Shown in pieces: positions 35,777 to 48,600 of a stretch of 64,000 nt of DNA (its first letter is position 1; every line of letters begins with the position of its first letter). Under the pieces are notes generated by a model that was not told the origin of the DNA, did not search any database, and worked only from the letters and a program-made list of their open reading frames with translations. The stretch lies in contig NIVC01000518.1 of the NCBI GenBank assembly GCA_002269645.1, positions 51,415 to 115,414 on the forward strand. The letters run 5' to 3'. A program made the position numbers and the translations under genes. This DNA comes from Macrostomum lignano (Eukaryota).

Positions 35777-36952
35777 GGGTCGCTTTCACAAGCCCTAAAT
35801 TTCACAACGTCGCAAGACACAAACTTTCATAAGCTCTAAATTTCACAACGTCGCAAGACACAAACTTTCATAAGCTCTAAATTTCACAACGTCGAAAACA
35901 AAACTTGCATCAGACTGCATAAACTATAAATTTCACAAGCCCTAAATTTCACAAGCCATACTTTTCATAAGACCTAATTTTCACAACGTCGAAAAGTTGT
36001 GCACAGAATTTCACAAGCTCTAAATTTCACAAGCTCTAAATTTCACAAGCTCTAAATTTCACAAGCTCTAAATTTCACAACGCCTAAAAACACTATGGAG
36101 ATACAATCTTTCACAAGACCTAAATTTCACAACGCCTAAAAACACTATGGAGATACAATCTTTCACAAGACCTAAATTTCACAACGCCTAAAAACACTAT
36201 GGAGATACAATCTTTCACAAGACCTAAATTTCACAACGCCTAAAAACACTATGGAGATACAATCTTTCACAAGACCTAAATTTCACAACGCCTAAAAACA
36301 CTATGGAGATACAATCTTTCACAAGCTCTAAATTTCACAACGCCTAAAAACACTATGGAGATACAATCTTTCACAAGCTCTAAATTTCACAACGCCTAAA
36401 AACACTATGGAGATACAATCTTTCACAAGCTCTAAATTTCACAACGCCTAAAAACACTATGGAGATACAATCTTTCACAAGCTCTAAATTTCACAACGCC
36501 TAAAAACACTATGGAGATACAATCTTTCACAAGCTCTAAATTTCACAACGCCTAAAAACACTATGGAGATACAATCTTTCACAAGCTCTAAATTTCACAA
36601 CGCCTAAAAACACTATGGAGATACAATCTCTCAGACGTGCTTGTAGGCGTTGTGAAATTTAGGTCTTGTGAAATCTGCTGCATTGCTTATTTTCGACGTT
36701 GTGAAAATTAGGGTTTATGTAATATAGGTCTTATGAAAGGTTCTGGTTTCGACGTTGTGAAAATTAGGGTTTATGTAATATAGGTCTTATGAAAGGTTCT
36801 GGTTTCGACGTTGTGAAAATTAGGGTTTATGTAATATAGGTCTTATGAAAGGTTCTGGTTTCGACGTTGTGAAAATTAGGGTTTATGAAATATAGGTCTT
36901 ATGAAAGGTTCTGGTTTCGACGTTGTGAAAATTAGGGTTTGTGAAACGACCC
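35777..36952. mobile_element. Foldback/MITE-like element with inverted termini and internal tandem subrepeats (52-bp array at about 36070-36630)
   Basis: Left end GGGTCGCTTTCACAAGCCCTAAATTTCACAACGTCG; right end CGACGTTGTGAAAATTAGGGTTTGTGAAACGACCC. Subrepeat orientation flips at about 36635. No TSD seen. Confidence 0.7.
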
Positions 36953-37119
36953 TGGCCTATGTACGAGTATACATGTACGAGTTATAGGTTAGCAGATGTA
37001 CCTGCACATGTATGTGTACAGTACCCCACAGCTGGCACTGAAGCCAACAAATCGATACATTGAGCGTAGGAGTTTTTATTTGGATGGGGAGCTGGGATTC
37101 AGCTGCACCAGCAGCGCCA

Positions 37120-37495
37120 CCTCGAAGGCGCCAGCACCAGGGGTGCCAGCACCAGGGGCGCCAGCACCAGGGGCGCCAGCACCAGGGGCGCCAGCACCAG
37201 GGGCGCCAGCACCAGGGGCGCCAGCACCAGGGGCGCCAGCACCAGGGGCGCCAGCACCAGGGGCGCCAGCACCAGGGGCGCCAGCACCAGGGGCGCCAGC
37301 ACCAGGGGCGCCAGCACCAGGGGTGCCAGCACCAGGGGCGCCAGCACCAGGGGCGCTAGCACAAGGGGCGCCAGCACCAGGGGCGCCAGCACCAGCGCCA
37401 GCACCAAGGGCGCCAGCACCAAGGGCGCCAGCACCAAGGGCGCCAGCACCAAGGGCGCCAGCACCAGGGGCGCCAGCACTAGCGCCAGCACCATC
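37120..37495. repeat. 15-bp GC-rich minisatellite (GCCAGCACCAGGGGC)
   Basis: Seen directly; gives the spurious APGAP/LVLAP ORFs. Confidence 0.95.
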
Positions 37496-37862
37496 GCATA
37501 CTAAAATTTGGCATCCAATTCAAAACGAAATTCATTGCGATAATAAATCTTCCGTTTCATATTTTTTATCTAAACCGCCGTATGAACCGTCGTCAACGTC
37601 AGCTCGACTATTAAAATTATTTTTCTTTGCCCGTTTATTTTGCAACCCAAAGTTGGCGCTGTTCCAAAAAATATTTAGAGATCAACTGGTGTACTTTTAT
37701 AAAGTTTTGTTTGAATACAGTTTTTGACATTATTGCTTACTGAACTTCTACCAACACTTTTGGGGTTTGCGCTTTTTGCGTTTTCGAAAAAAAGAACGAA
37801 AAAAAGACAAGATGAGTTCAGAAGAATCGGGCCTCGTAATGTAGTGTTAGGACTCTGTGCAG

Positions 37863-39400
37863 TCAAAGGCCTGTTGGCAGAGGACGTTTCACTCGGTGCG
37901 CATTTGGCTGCACCGATGTCGGCATCACCGGCCTGCCGCCACCGTTGCAGCCGGGCAGGGAGGCTCGAATCACCTGATGGTGGTGATGCTTTTGCTGCTG
38001 CTGCTGCTGCTGCTGGGTTGCACTTTGGTTGTGGTGCAGCATCGAGCCGACTGGTGCGAGGCAGGACAACGGCTGCTGACTGCTGGCCTGGGAGCAGCGG
38101 CACGAGTCGCACTGGCCGCAGCCCACCAGCTCTAGCATCAGGTTCAGCCGGCTGACCACAACCTGTTGGAAATCGTTGCTACTATTGGTATGGTGCTGCT
38201 GGTGCTGCTGGTGGTGGTCAGAGAAACTGGCGTCGGTTCCTTGATCTCCAGAAGCGAGCATCTGCTGCTGCTGGACGACGTGGTTGAACTTCGTATTGCT
38301 CGAAGTTGAGACGTTCGGCGGATATTCAGCAGCTGGGAGCTTCGCAGCTGTACTACGCTGGTGCTGACGGTAGAACTCGGCCGACTCTTGCTGCTGCTGC
38401 TGCTGCTGCTGTTGTTGATTAAACTTTGGCGCCTGCTGCCGCTGCTGCGGCTGCTTCAACTTCTGCTGCTGCTGTTGCTGCTGCTGCAGCTCCATGTAGT
38501 GTTGGTGCTGCATCATTTGCTGCTGTTGTTGCCTACGCGACTGCTTCCCGTTTGCGGTTGGACTGCGGCCGTACAGGGCGTTTTGAGACTCCGCATTCCG
38601 CTGACCGCTGGGTGCAATCTGGCCTGTCTCCAGCTGATGATGCTGATGGTCAGGGCAGCTGGACTCGCTCTCTTGATCGGGGGTATAGTCTTGGACAATA
38701 GGCACGTTGCGCGGCCGCTGAATCGGCTTCTGTCCGGAGCTCATGCTAACCACCTGCTGTTTAATATTGGGTCTCCGTGACTGCTGCTGCATTTGCATCT
38801 CGGTCATTGGCTGGTGCTGGTGCTGCACCTGTCTACAACGAGGCTGCTTACCAACAGCAATAGTCACTCTTGGCTCAGAGCTCTGATCCGCGTACATGCC
38901 AATCTGCTGCTGATTATGATGGAGACGAACGTTGTCGCAGTTTCTGTTGACATCTTCTGGGATATTTGGATGCCGCTGCTGTCAAAATTAGCGGTGATCG
39001 AGTGCCAGGTTGTATTTATAAACTGTGTGACCAATGCGAGAAATTAATATTTACATTTGTCTATTTTAGATTTACACGGGGCTTGTATACTTACGCGAAC
39101 TTCTAGCTGTCGAGGATCTTCCGAGGAGCTGCAGTCGCTGTCTTGATTAGAAGACAGCCCCATCGGGTCGCTGGCGCTGTACTGTAGCGGAACTTTGCTG
39201 CCAGTTCGCTGTGGCTGTCTCCTGCAGCTGGCAGTAACGACTGAAGACGGCTTCTTCGGTTTGTAGATCTGGTGCGTCTCTCGTTCCCTGATGTGATCTC
39301 CGCTGCTGCACAATGGAGCTCTCATCGGAGGTTGGTAGCTGTCTTCTTCATCGTAGGCGTCGTCGTCATTCGGGCTGGGGCAGCGGCGTTGCTGCATCAT
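37863..39400 (-). CDS. Gln/His-rich low-complexity protein, 2 exons (39400-39095, 38978-37863), about 473 aa, function unknown
   Basis: Two long minus-strand ORFs joined by a phase-0 116-bp intron (CGC|GTAAGT ... CTAATTTTGACAG|CAG). ATG at 39400 in AACATGATG context. CAG/CAA runs. Start and end are less certain. Confidence 0.65.
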
Positions 39401-39623
39401 GTTAATTGCTATATTGATGATAGCTTTGTGAATGCAACGATTCCGCTGCAAGTTGCGATGTGTGACTTGCCCTCCTTGTGACAAGAGTAGCTAGCTAGCT
39501 GGCTTATTTAGTGTTTTCAGAACTACATGTATAGAATGCAAAATTGCTTACGAACTGTAATGACGAGCTAGTAGCATACCATAGACATTCAAGGGACACT
39601 AGAGACAAATTTGAGCAGATATA

Positions 39624-40419
39624 CGAGGGGTGTCCAAAAAGTAGTGATACTTTTAACTGTAGCTCTCGTTCTGTAGCTTCCTGTGATTTAAAATTTTATG
39701 AACTGATAGCGGAAAATCTCTTTTACAGACTGCTTTTTGAAGTTTTAAAATTGATACCAGAGAACAAAAGTTATACCCACAAAAGCAACAGTACCTGTAC
39801 CATAGAGTTACACAAATTATAGGCTGAGCTTCACGAGATCCATGCCGAGTAAGCTTCGATGAATTGTTGATTTCGGCTTGTCCAACCTGTCAGCGATCTC
39901 TCTAATGGTCATTCGGGAGTCCTCGTCAAGAAGAGTGAAGATGGTACTTTGCTGAGCAACAACTGAGTGCACATGCATGTGTGTTGTCGAGTATGAGCAA
40001 TGAAATCATGAACGAATCGCAAAATGCAAGCGATCCTCTGTTTGCAAGTAAAGTAATGAATTTAATGCTTTATTTTTCTGCGCCTGATCCCGTCAATAGA
40101 CAAATTTCAGTCAGTCACAGTGAGCATCATATTGCAATTGGGCTTTGGTATTGCTTAAACAAGACATTTATCGATGCCTTCTTAATGAATGAGTGCAGAA
40201 GTCAACTATTATAAATTTCGATATAATTTGTGTAACTCTATGGTACAGGTACTGTTACTTTCGTGGGTATAACTTTTGTTCTCTGGTATCAATTTTAAAA
40301 ATTCAAAAAGCAGTCTGTAGAAGAGATTTTCCGCTATCAGTTCATAAAATTTTAAATCACAGGAAGCTATAGAACGAGAGCTACGGTTAAAAGTATCACT
40401 ACTTTTTGGACACCCCTCG
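39624..40419 (-). mobile_element. Internally deleted mariner (Tc1/mariner) element, 796 bp
   Basis: TA|CGAGGGGTGTCCAAAAAGT ... ACTTTTTGGACACCCCTCG|TA. 198-bp TIRs at 39624-39821 and 40222-40419. The minus strand at about 39960-39823 reads TLLDEDSRMTIREIADRLDKPKSTIHRSLLG, matching the mariner transposase HTH pattern. Confidence 0.9.
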
Positions 40420-40671
40420 TAATATGCAATTGCACGTAGCTATCTAGATTAGTAAAGAATTATCAACCTCAATCCTCTCTCTCTCCACGGGGTAAAAGCA
40501 ACAAATACGCTGTCAGGTAGGGTTTAGATATACTTCTAATGGAAATCTGAAAAATTTAGGGAAGGGAAGGGCGACATTTAAGGCTACCCCACAAGCCTTT
40601 TGCTAGCCAAACAGTTTCGTGCTTTTTACTTAGCTAATAAGTAGGCTACAGTAGATTCAATTAGCTAGAAC

Positions 40672-40920
40672 TTGTCGGCTGGCAGTTGTTGGCTGGCATA
40701 TTTCTCGGCTGGCAGTTGTCGGCTGGCAGTTTTCCGGCTGGCAGTTTTCTCGGCTGGCAATTGTCGGCTGGCAGTTTTCCGGCTGGCAGTTTTCTCGGCT
40801 GGCAATTGTCGGCTGGCAGTTGTTGACTGGTTGTCGGCTGGCAGTTGTCGGCTGGCAATTGTCGGCTGGCAGTTTTCCGGCTGGCAGTTGTCGGCTGGCA
40901 GTTTTCCGGCTGGCAGTTGG
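40672..40920. repeat. 14-bp minisatellite (GTCGGCTGGCAGTT)
   Basis: Seen directly. Confidence 0.92.
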
Positions 40921-43900
40921 GGTGGACCCGCCCCAATGTGCACAAGACCTCGTGACTCTGTTCTATTTTTAGAACTGACATCACTTGGGGTCGAGTCACT
41001 CGATCTTTTCTTAGAGAAAGGAAGGGCATCGGGCACGTAATTTCTCAGTAAATACGGACCAGCAAGTGCAGTAAAACATGTTTACTGCACTTTTGGACTT
41101 CGAGAAAACAAAACTTGTCATGTGTGACTTGCTCGCTCACATGACAGGAAAACAGGCCACCAGCGTGACCTCGATCGGAACAGGAACGAAACGCAGAGCA
41201 GGCCACAGCAGCGAGAAGCTCGTGGCTCCAAACTACACGCTCACTACTCATTATCAAGGAGCACATGTGTTTTACATATATTTAAGCACCAGGGTTTATA
41301 TTTAGTGGAGAAGGCTATAGACGCTAAGCATACTAGAAATCCGCGTGATCGCTGTATAACCATTATTTAAATACTGGCAATAAAGCCGTATGTTTTATGC
41401 GCAAGACTTTTTATCCAAAAAGTAAGAAGCACATCTAACCGTGGACAAAAAGCAAATAGGAAAACCAGGATTCTGTCGTAGAACGTTAAAGCCTTAGCAA
41501 ACAAAGAGACAAGTGTCGTCGTTCATTAAAGTGGTTTTTCGCACTAGTTTAAATTACAGATTTTCGCGAAAATACGGCGGGATTTTAAAGTACGTTTGGA
41601 ACTGGAAATCTTACTAAACGGTCATTCATTCATGTGACTATGCCAATCAAAACCACAGTACCGCACAGACATGCCAGGAAAAAATCAAAAATTTAAATAA
41701 ACATTTAAAGGACCAGGCCATCAGCTAATCATTAATTGAAAATAATAGCAGACACTTAAATCTTAAATTTAAAGAAATGTTAAATTACAACCATTGGCAT
41801 TACAACACCGCAGATATAAATCCTATTCAACATTTTTTGCAAAAAAGCTCAGTGAGATGGTCCATGTCATGTAATTTAGCAATTCTAATACCAAGATTTT
41901 CAAATTATTAGTTTACTTGCAAGGGCTGCAGGCAATATTGACAAGAACAAGAATTAAATAGCCTAATTTTTTAAGTTTTAGGCCTATGTCAAAACCAAAC
42001 ATAGCAAAGGCTAGGGCCTTGAACCCTTTCACGTTTGTAATTGTATTATAGTTCTAATTTTGTTTAAAATCACAAAAGAAATGTTTTCATGATATACCCA
42101 AAGTTATACATAACACTTGTATTTTTATTAGCCTATATTTATATTGCATATCTAGGCCTAATATATTTTAAGGTGCATCATGTATACATTTATGTGTCAT
42201 GTCATTATGTCATGTACACCAAGATATATGTTGATATATGCTAAAAATGGCAAGTAGGCCTATCTAACCTTGTTATATGCTAGAAAATCTTAGTGTAGCC
42301 TATAAAATAAATTTAATTTATATTTGTCAGGCGGCCGGGCTTTAAGGCCTATATCTATATATTGCTTTCCAAACTATGGTCTATCTATAATCATATATGC
42401 ACAAACCTCCAAAATTTGGTCAGCCATATGACTTAGTTTTAACAAAAAATACAATGTAGTTTTTGGCCAAAACTGTGACTTACGTCTTACATATAAAAGA
42501 AACTCTAAATCAAAATTAATGCAACTTTGGATAAATGGCAAGAGTTAGGCCTAACTATGATTGTCTTATTAAGGCAAAATGCCTTCATTATCTATTTATA
42601 TGTACTACTTTTACCTACTAGGTATTTATTTGGGTGGGCATTTTTGTGACTTACCTTGGGCTTGGTTAGCCACCAAATCAGTTGGCTAGATTGGCCAACT
42701 TGGCTAACTGTTGCGCATGTATGTCTATATTCTATAATGCACATTGTTTTATTGATTTTTACATTAAAAAGATACTCTTAGCTTTCTTAAAGTCTCAAAA
42801 TTTGACTAGGCCTAGTACTAACTTCAAATTTCTTAAAAGAGTAAACTTCATCAATATAATCTTTGATTTAGGCAAATCATTGACTTTTTTATTCAAGTAT
42901 TGTTTTATGCCTTCATAGCCTAGGTCATTATTGATACCTGACAATTGATACCATATTTGATACTAGAATGTCTATATAAATAGATAGATATTATAATCAT
43001 GTCCTCCCTTAATTGTCCTTAAAGTTCTTTATGCAGTTTTTTATAGAATTATACTAGAATATACAATGGCAAATAAACTAGAAGACTAGCTCATTCTCCT
43101 TCAACTGTATCTTCATTGTGCTATTCTTAACTTCTATTCTGGAGATATATGAACTCCTTTTGAGTTGCTTATATAAGGTATTAAATTCTATTTTTAATAT
43201 GAAGGCAACTCTTCTCATTCTCAAAGCCCTAGGTTAGAAAAATATATGCACCTGAATGTATCCTTGAATCCAAAGATAGTAGGCCCTATATATACCTAAA
43301 GTGCATTTAATGCATTTAATACTTGTAACTCATACTCACACTTTGCCAATTAGCGTTATCCTGTTATTGCCCTTGCCCTATTCATTTATATGCATGACTG
43401 CAACATTAGAACCAGTGCTATTGCCTTTCCTCAAGCATGTCTTCTCTCTAAGCAACTTGTTAGCATGAAGCTACTTGTATTGCAGCATAAATATAAAGCA
43501 CAAGATTATAAAACATAACATTCAAGTATAAAGCACAGGATTACAAGACAATTGTAAAGTATCCTGGAATATGGAATTTCATTATAATCATTGATTGCAT
43601 ACTTCCATTGAGAGTAGTCCAGAAGTGACTGTCCCTTTGGTTTAAATGGGATTCCTGATGCTATGCAACCAAATCCTCATAAGTGATCTAGTATAATTCC
43701 TGTATGCTGACAACACCAATTTATTTTTAGTAATGAGCAAGAGCAATGATAAATAAAAAATGAAGTAGGCAATGGAGAAGGTTTAATTGGACTTGGGTAA
43801 AATAGTCATACACTATCATGACAAACATCAAAGATAGCTTATATGCTCTTATCCATTATTCAAATATGAATAGAATTTTATTGGAATTATGACTATTATT

Positions 43901-44357
43901 GGCAATAATTTTCTGCCAAATGTGTTGCTGCCTTTTGAGAATAAAAAAGAAGGGTTTAAAACATGGTGATTACAATTAGGATTTATTAAATCTTAGAAAC
44001 AAATTCGCAATCATTTTTTGGATAAATTATTAGGTACTAAAGTTATTGATGCAAGTATCATTGCTGCTTTTGGTTGTATAACCTATAGTTCTTCTTAGCT
44101 CTTGGATTTATTCATTTAAAAAAATTAACCAAGCAAACTGCAGTAGCATGAGCTATGTTAATACAATCAGTTCTCTTTGTGAAATATTCTATTTTTTAAG
44201 TCTTGAACTTTCTATATTTGATTTGATTTCCAGAGGAAGAGCCGCATAGTGTATACCAAATACAATAAAATTATATACAGACTCAAAAGTTCATTTGTCC
44301 ATATTCAAGTGCAACTGTACCAATGTGCCTTAATGCCAAGCTAAAATAACATATATA

Positions 44358-45440
44358 ATGCCTATTGGATCCATAAAATTCTATTGGCATTTGGTTGGAC
44401 TGGCATTGGCGGCATGCCTGCAATCTAGTCTATTATTTACCTGGCCACTTATTGGTATAGAGAGTGGCCTGGATGCCAACAGTCAGTTTGCCATTCGCTT
44501 GGGTGCTTGCTGGCTACTCTCTACCCCAATGCTACTATGCCTACCAGCTTGGCTAGCGGCTGGCCGCCTGGGGCCCAGATGCAGTCTATGGCTTGGAGGC
44601 TGTCTGGTTGCTATGTGCCTTACTGGCCCGTTTATTGTTGGTGGCGACGGCGCCTGGCTAGCGGCTCTGTCCCTGTGCGCTGGCTGTTTAGGCCTGTCAT
44701 TAACTAGATTAGTCATCACTGCGCCGCCCATATTTCTACTACCCTGGCTGTTGCCATGGCAACTAGGCTGTCAGCAACTATTATTATTAGCTGTGTGCGC
44801 ATGCGGCGCCGGCGCTAGTATTGGCGCCATATTAGCGCCGCCATTGTTTCGTCTATTGTGCGATTGGTTAAGCTGGAAAGGCGCTTGCTTGGCTACAGCC
44901 GGTTGCCTGCTAAACTGGCTAGTTGCTGGGGCTTTGATGTTGCCTCCGCCGCAGCCTCCGCCGCAGCCTCATCATCAGCCAGAAGCTGACACGTCGAGGC
45001 GGCCAATACCGGCATCGGTTCGAGATCCCAACTACTATTACTGTCTGTATTATTACTGCAAAGTCCGCGGCGCTTTGCTGAGTCTGGCAACCGACAACGA
45101 GCAATGTTACCATAGTAACGGAGAAAAAGCAAGAAGCGAATCGTCAGCTGCAGGGGCAACAGCAAAACGGAAGCAGCAATCCTGCGACAGTGGGCTCGGA
45201 GATTCGATGAATTTGAGCGCCGGCGCTTCCAACAGTCGCTGCAGTGGCGCCGCCTCTCGACACGCCGTTTTGGCGCCGTCCGCGGAGTCCGCGTCGGCTT
45301 CTGCTGAAGTTGAGCGGGAGGAACTGGCTAGCTGGCAGTCGGGGTCGAGACTCCAGCGCCCAGTTCATGAGGCTGCGGATGAACATCAGGGGCAGGTGAG
45401 TGATCTGTCTGTCTATCTGTCTGTCTGTCTGTCTGTCTGC

Positions 45441-45482
<42 letters not shown>

Positions 45483-45487
45483 GTCTA

Positions 45488-45536
<49 letters not shown>

Positions 45537-45565
45537 GTTTGTGTGTCTGTCTGTCTGTCTCTGTG

Positions 45566-45604
<39 letters not shown>

Positions 45605-48600
45605 GTGTCTGTCTGTCTGTCTGTCTGTCTGAATTTTCCGGTGTTCACCCACATACGCATTCCAGGAAAGCGCGGCAGGGGAAGAGCCAGCCGCAGAGGA
45701 TGACGATCTGTTATTCTCGTCCAATCGCAATCTGGCCCGCCTGTCAGGCGATCCCCGTCTCGGCAGCTCAGACGACGTCTTCCTGGACGTTGGCGCTAAC
45801 GAAGGTGTCAACAATGCCGATTCAGATAGAGACGCGGCAGATGAAAACGATGATGAGGCGGATCAGCTGCTGCAGCCGCCTGGCACGCCACCGCCCGTGT
45901 CTCTGTCGGCTGTCGGCAGCGGCGGCAGTGGCGCCTCCGGCGGTGTGGTTGTTCGCTTCGAGCTGCTTCGAGATGCCGACGAAGAAGTCGACTCAGACGA
46001 TCAAAGTAGCAGCGTCAAAGAGTCTACGGCGTGCTTTGCCGATTTTCCTTCTAATATTGGACAGGTGAGAGAGGCAGCTTGTTGCCATGTGGTATAGGGA
46101 ATTCGGCTGCGTATTTTGGGATATGTCTGATGGATGGGGATTTGGGATTGGGATCATGGATGTCTCATGGATGGGATTTGGGATTGGGATCATAGATGTC
46201 TCATGGATGGGATTTGGGATTGGCATCATAGATGTCTCATGGACGAGATTCGTATCATAGATGTCTCAGGGATGAGATTGGGATCATAGATGTCTCAGGG
46301 ATGAGATTGGGATCATAGATGTCTCAGGGCTGAGATTGGGATCATAGATGTCTCAGGGATGAGATTGGGATCATAGATGTCTCAGGACTCAGGGATGAGA
46401 TTGGGATCATAGATGTCTCAGGGATGAGATTGGGATCATAGATGTCTCAGGGATGAGATTGGGATCATAGATGTCTCAGGGATGAGATTGGGATCATAGA
46501 TATCTCAGGGATGAGATTGGGATCACAGATGTCTCAGGGCTGAGATTGGGATCATAGATATCTCAGGGATGAGATTGGGATCATAGATATCTCAGGGATG
46601 AGATTAGGATCATAGATGTCTCAGGGATAAGATTGGGATCATAGATGTCTCAGGGATAAGATTGGGATCATAGATGTCTCAGGGATGAGATTGGGACCAT
46701 AGATGTCTCATAAGTGGGAATTCGGGATTGGTTTTATTGTATCATTGGTATCATTGAAACTTGTGAAAATGTGAAAATCTATGCTATAAATAAAAAGTAT
46801 GAAATGTTAAGCCGGTGCCTTTGCGTGCCTGGCCGGGCTTATCCCTCCACACGCACAGTGTTTCTGCCTGCCTGTCTGGAGCGTGTGAAACTAAAAACTG
46901 GGTTTGAGGGGGCGTCGCTTTCTGCTTTGGCTTTGGTGAAAGAAGAGGAGGGGGAGAGAGAGTGGAAGAGAGGCAAGACAGATTTGGTCTACCGAGATCG
47001 AGATCTATAGCGACTTGTACTAGTATATAATATGAATTTATGTATTTTTTATAATGTACTGCTACTGTTGCCGTCTCTACGTTATATTTGTTTATTTCTC
47101 TGAAAACTGCGGGCAGTATTGGTGAACTTTTAGATTCAATTTATCAATTTGCTTTTAATGGTTGTTGTGTAATTATTAAGCATTTGCTTATTAACGATAA
47201 TATTAGGCATCCTTTGGCTATTGGGTGTAAATCAAGCCACCGTAATTACAATATTTTCGAGGTAGAGTTTAAGAGTGACTCTCAGGTGATTCTCTGGCCA
47301 GCTTAAGAGTGACTCTCAGTCAGGTGATTCTCTGGCCAGCTTAAGAGTGACTATCAGTCAGGTGATTCTCTGGCCAGCTTAAGAGTGACTCTCAGGTGAT
47401 TCTCTGGCCAGCTTAAGAGTGACTCTCAGGTGATTCTCTGGCCAGCTTAAGAGTGACTCTCAGTCAGGTGATTCTCTGGCCAGCTTAAGAGTGACTCTCA
47501 GGTGATTCTCTGGCCAGTTTAAGAGTGACTCTCAGGTGATTCTCTGGCCAGCTTAAGAGTGACTCTTAGTCAGGTGATTCTCAGGCCAGCTTAAGAGTGA
47601 CTCTTAGTCAGGTGATTCTCTGGCCAGCTTAAGAGTGACTCTCAGTCAGGTGATTCTCTGGCCAGCTTAAGAGTGACTCTCAGGTGATTCTCTGGCCAGC
47701 TTAAGAGTGACTCTCAGTCAGGTGATTCTCTGGCCAGCTTAAGAGTGACTCTCAGGTGATTCTCTGGCCAGCTTAAGAGTGACTCTCAGTCAGGTGATTC
47801 TCAGGCCAGCTTAAGAGTGACTCTCAGGTGATTCTCTGGCCAGCTTAAGAGTGACTCTCAGGTGATTCTCTGGCCAGCTTAAGAGTGACTCTCAGGTGAT
47901 TCTCTGGCCAGCTTAAGAGTGACTCTCAGGTGATTCTCTAGCCAGCTTAAGAGTGACTCTCAGGTGATTCTCTGGCCAGCTTAAGAGTGACTCTCAGGTG
48001 ATTCTCTGGCCAGCTTAAGAGTAACTCCCAGTCAGGTGATTCTCTGGCCAGCTTAAGAGTGACTCTCAGGTGATTCTCTGGCCAGCTTAAGAGTGACTCT
48101 CAGGTGATTCTCTGGCCAGCTTAAGAGTGACTCTCAGTCAGGTGATTCTCAGGCCAGCTTAAGAGTGACTCTCAGGTGATTCTCTGGCCAGCTTAAGAGT
48201 GACTCTCAGGTGATTCTCTGGCCAGCTTAAGAGTGACTCTCAGGTGATTCTCTGGCCAGCTTAAGAGTAACTCCCAGTCAGGTGATTCTCTGGCCAGCTT
48301 AAGAGTGACTCTCAGTCAGGTGATTCTCTGGCCAGCTTAAGAGTGACTCTCAGGTGATTCTCTGGCCAGCTTAAGAGTGACTCTCAGGTGATTCTCTGGC
48401 CAGCTTAAGAGTGACTCTCAGGTGATTCTCTGGCCAGCTTAAGAGTAACTCCCAGTCAGGTGATTCTCTGGCCAGCTTAAGAGTGACTCTCAGTCAGGTG
48501 ATTCTCTGGCCAGCTTAAGAGTGACTCTCAGTCAGGTGATTCTCTGGCCAGCTTAAGAGTGACTCTCAGTCAGGTGATTCTCTGGCCAGCTTAAGAGTGA

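Noticed and set aside
35777-36630. CRISPR-like array (regular 52-bp periodicity)
   Set aside because: Units are contiguous with no unique spacers, there are no cas genes, and the context is eukaryotic. The same applies to the 47270, 50328, 53570 and 58100 arrays.
36996-37727. 243-aa APGAP-repeat protein
   Set aside because: The 15-bp repeat is open in multiple frames on both strands and is related to an intronic array at 25993; not evidence of coding.
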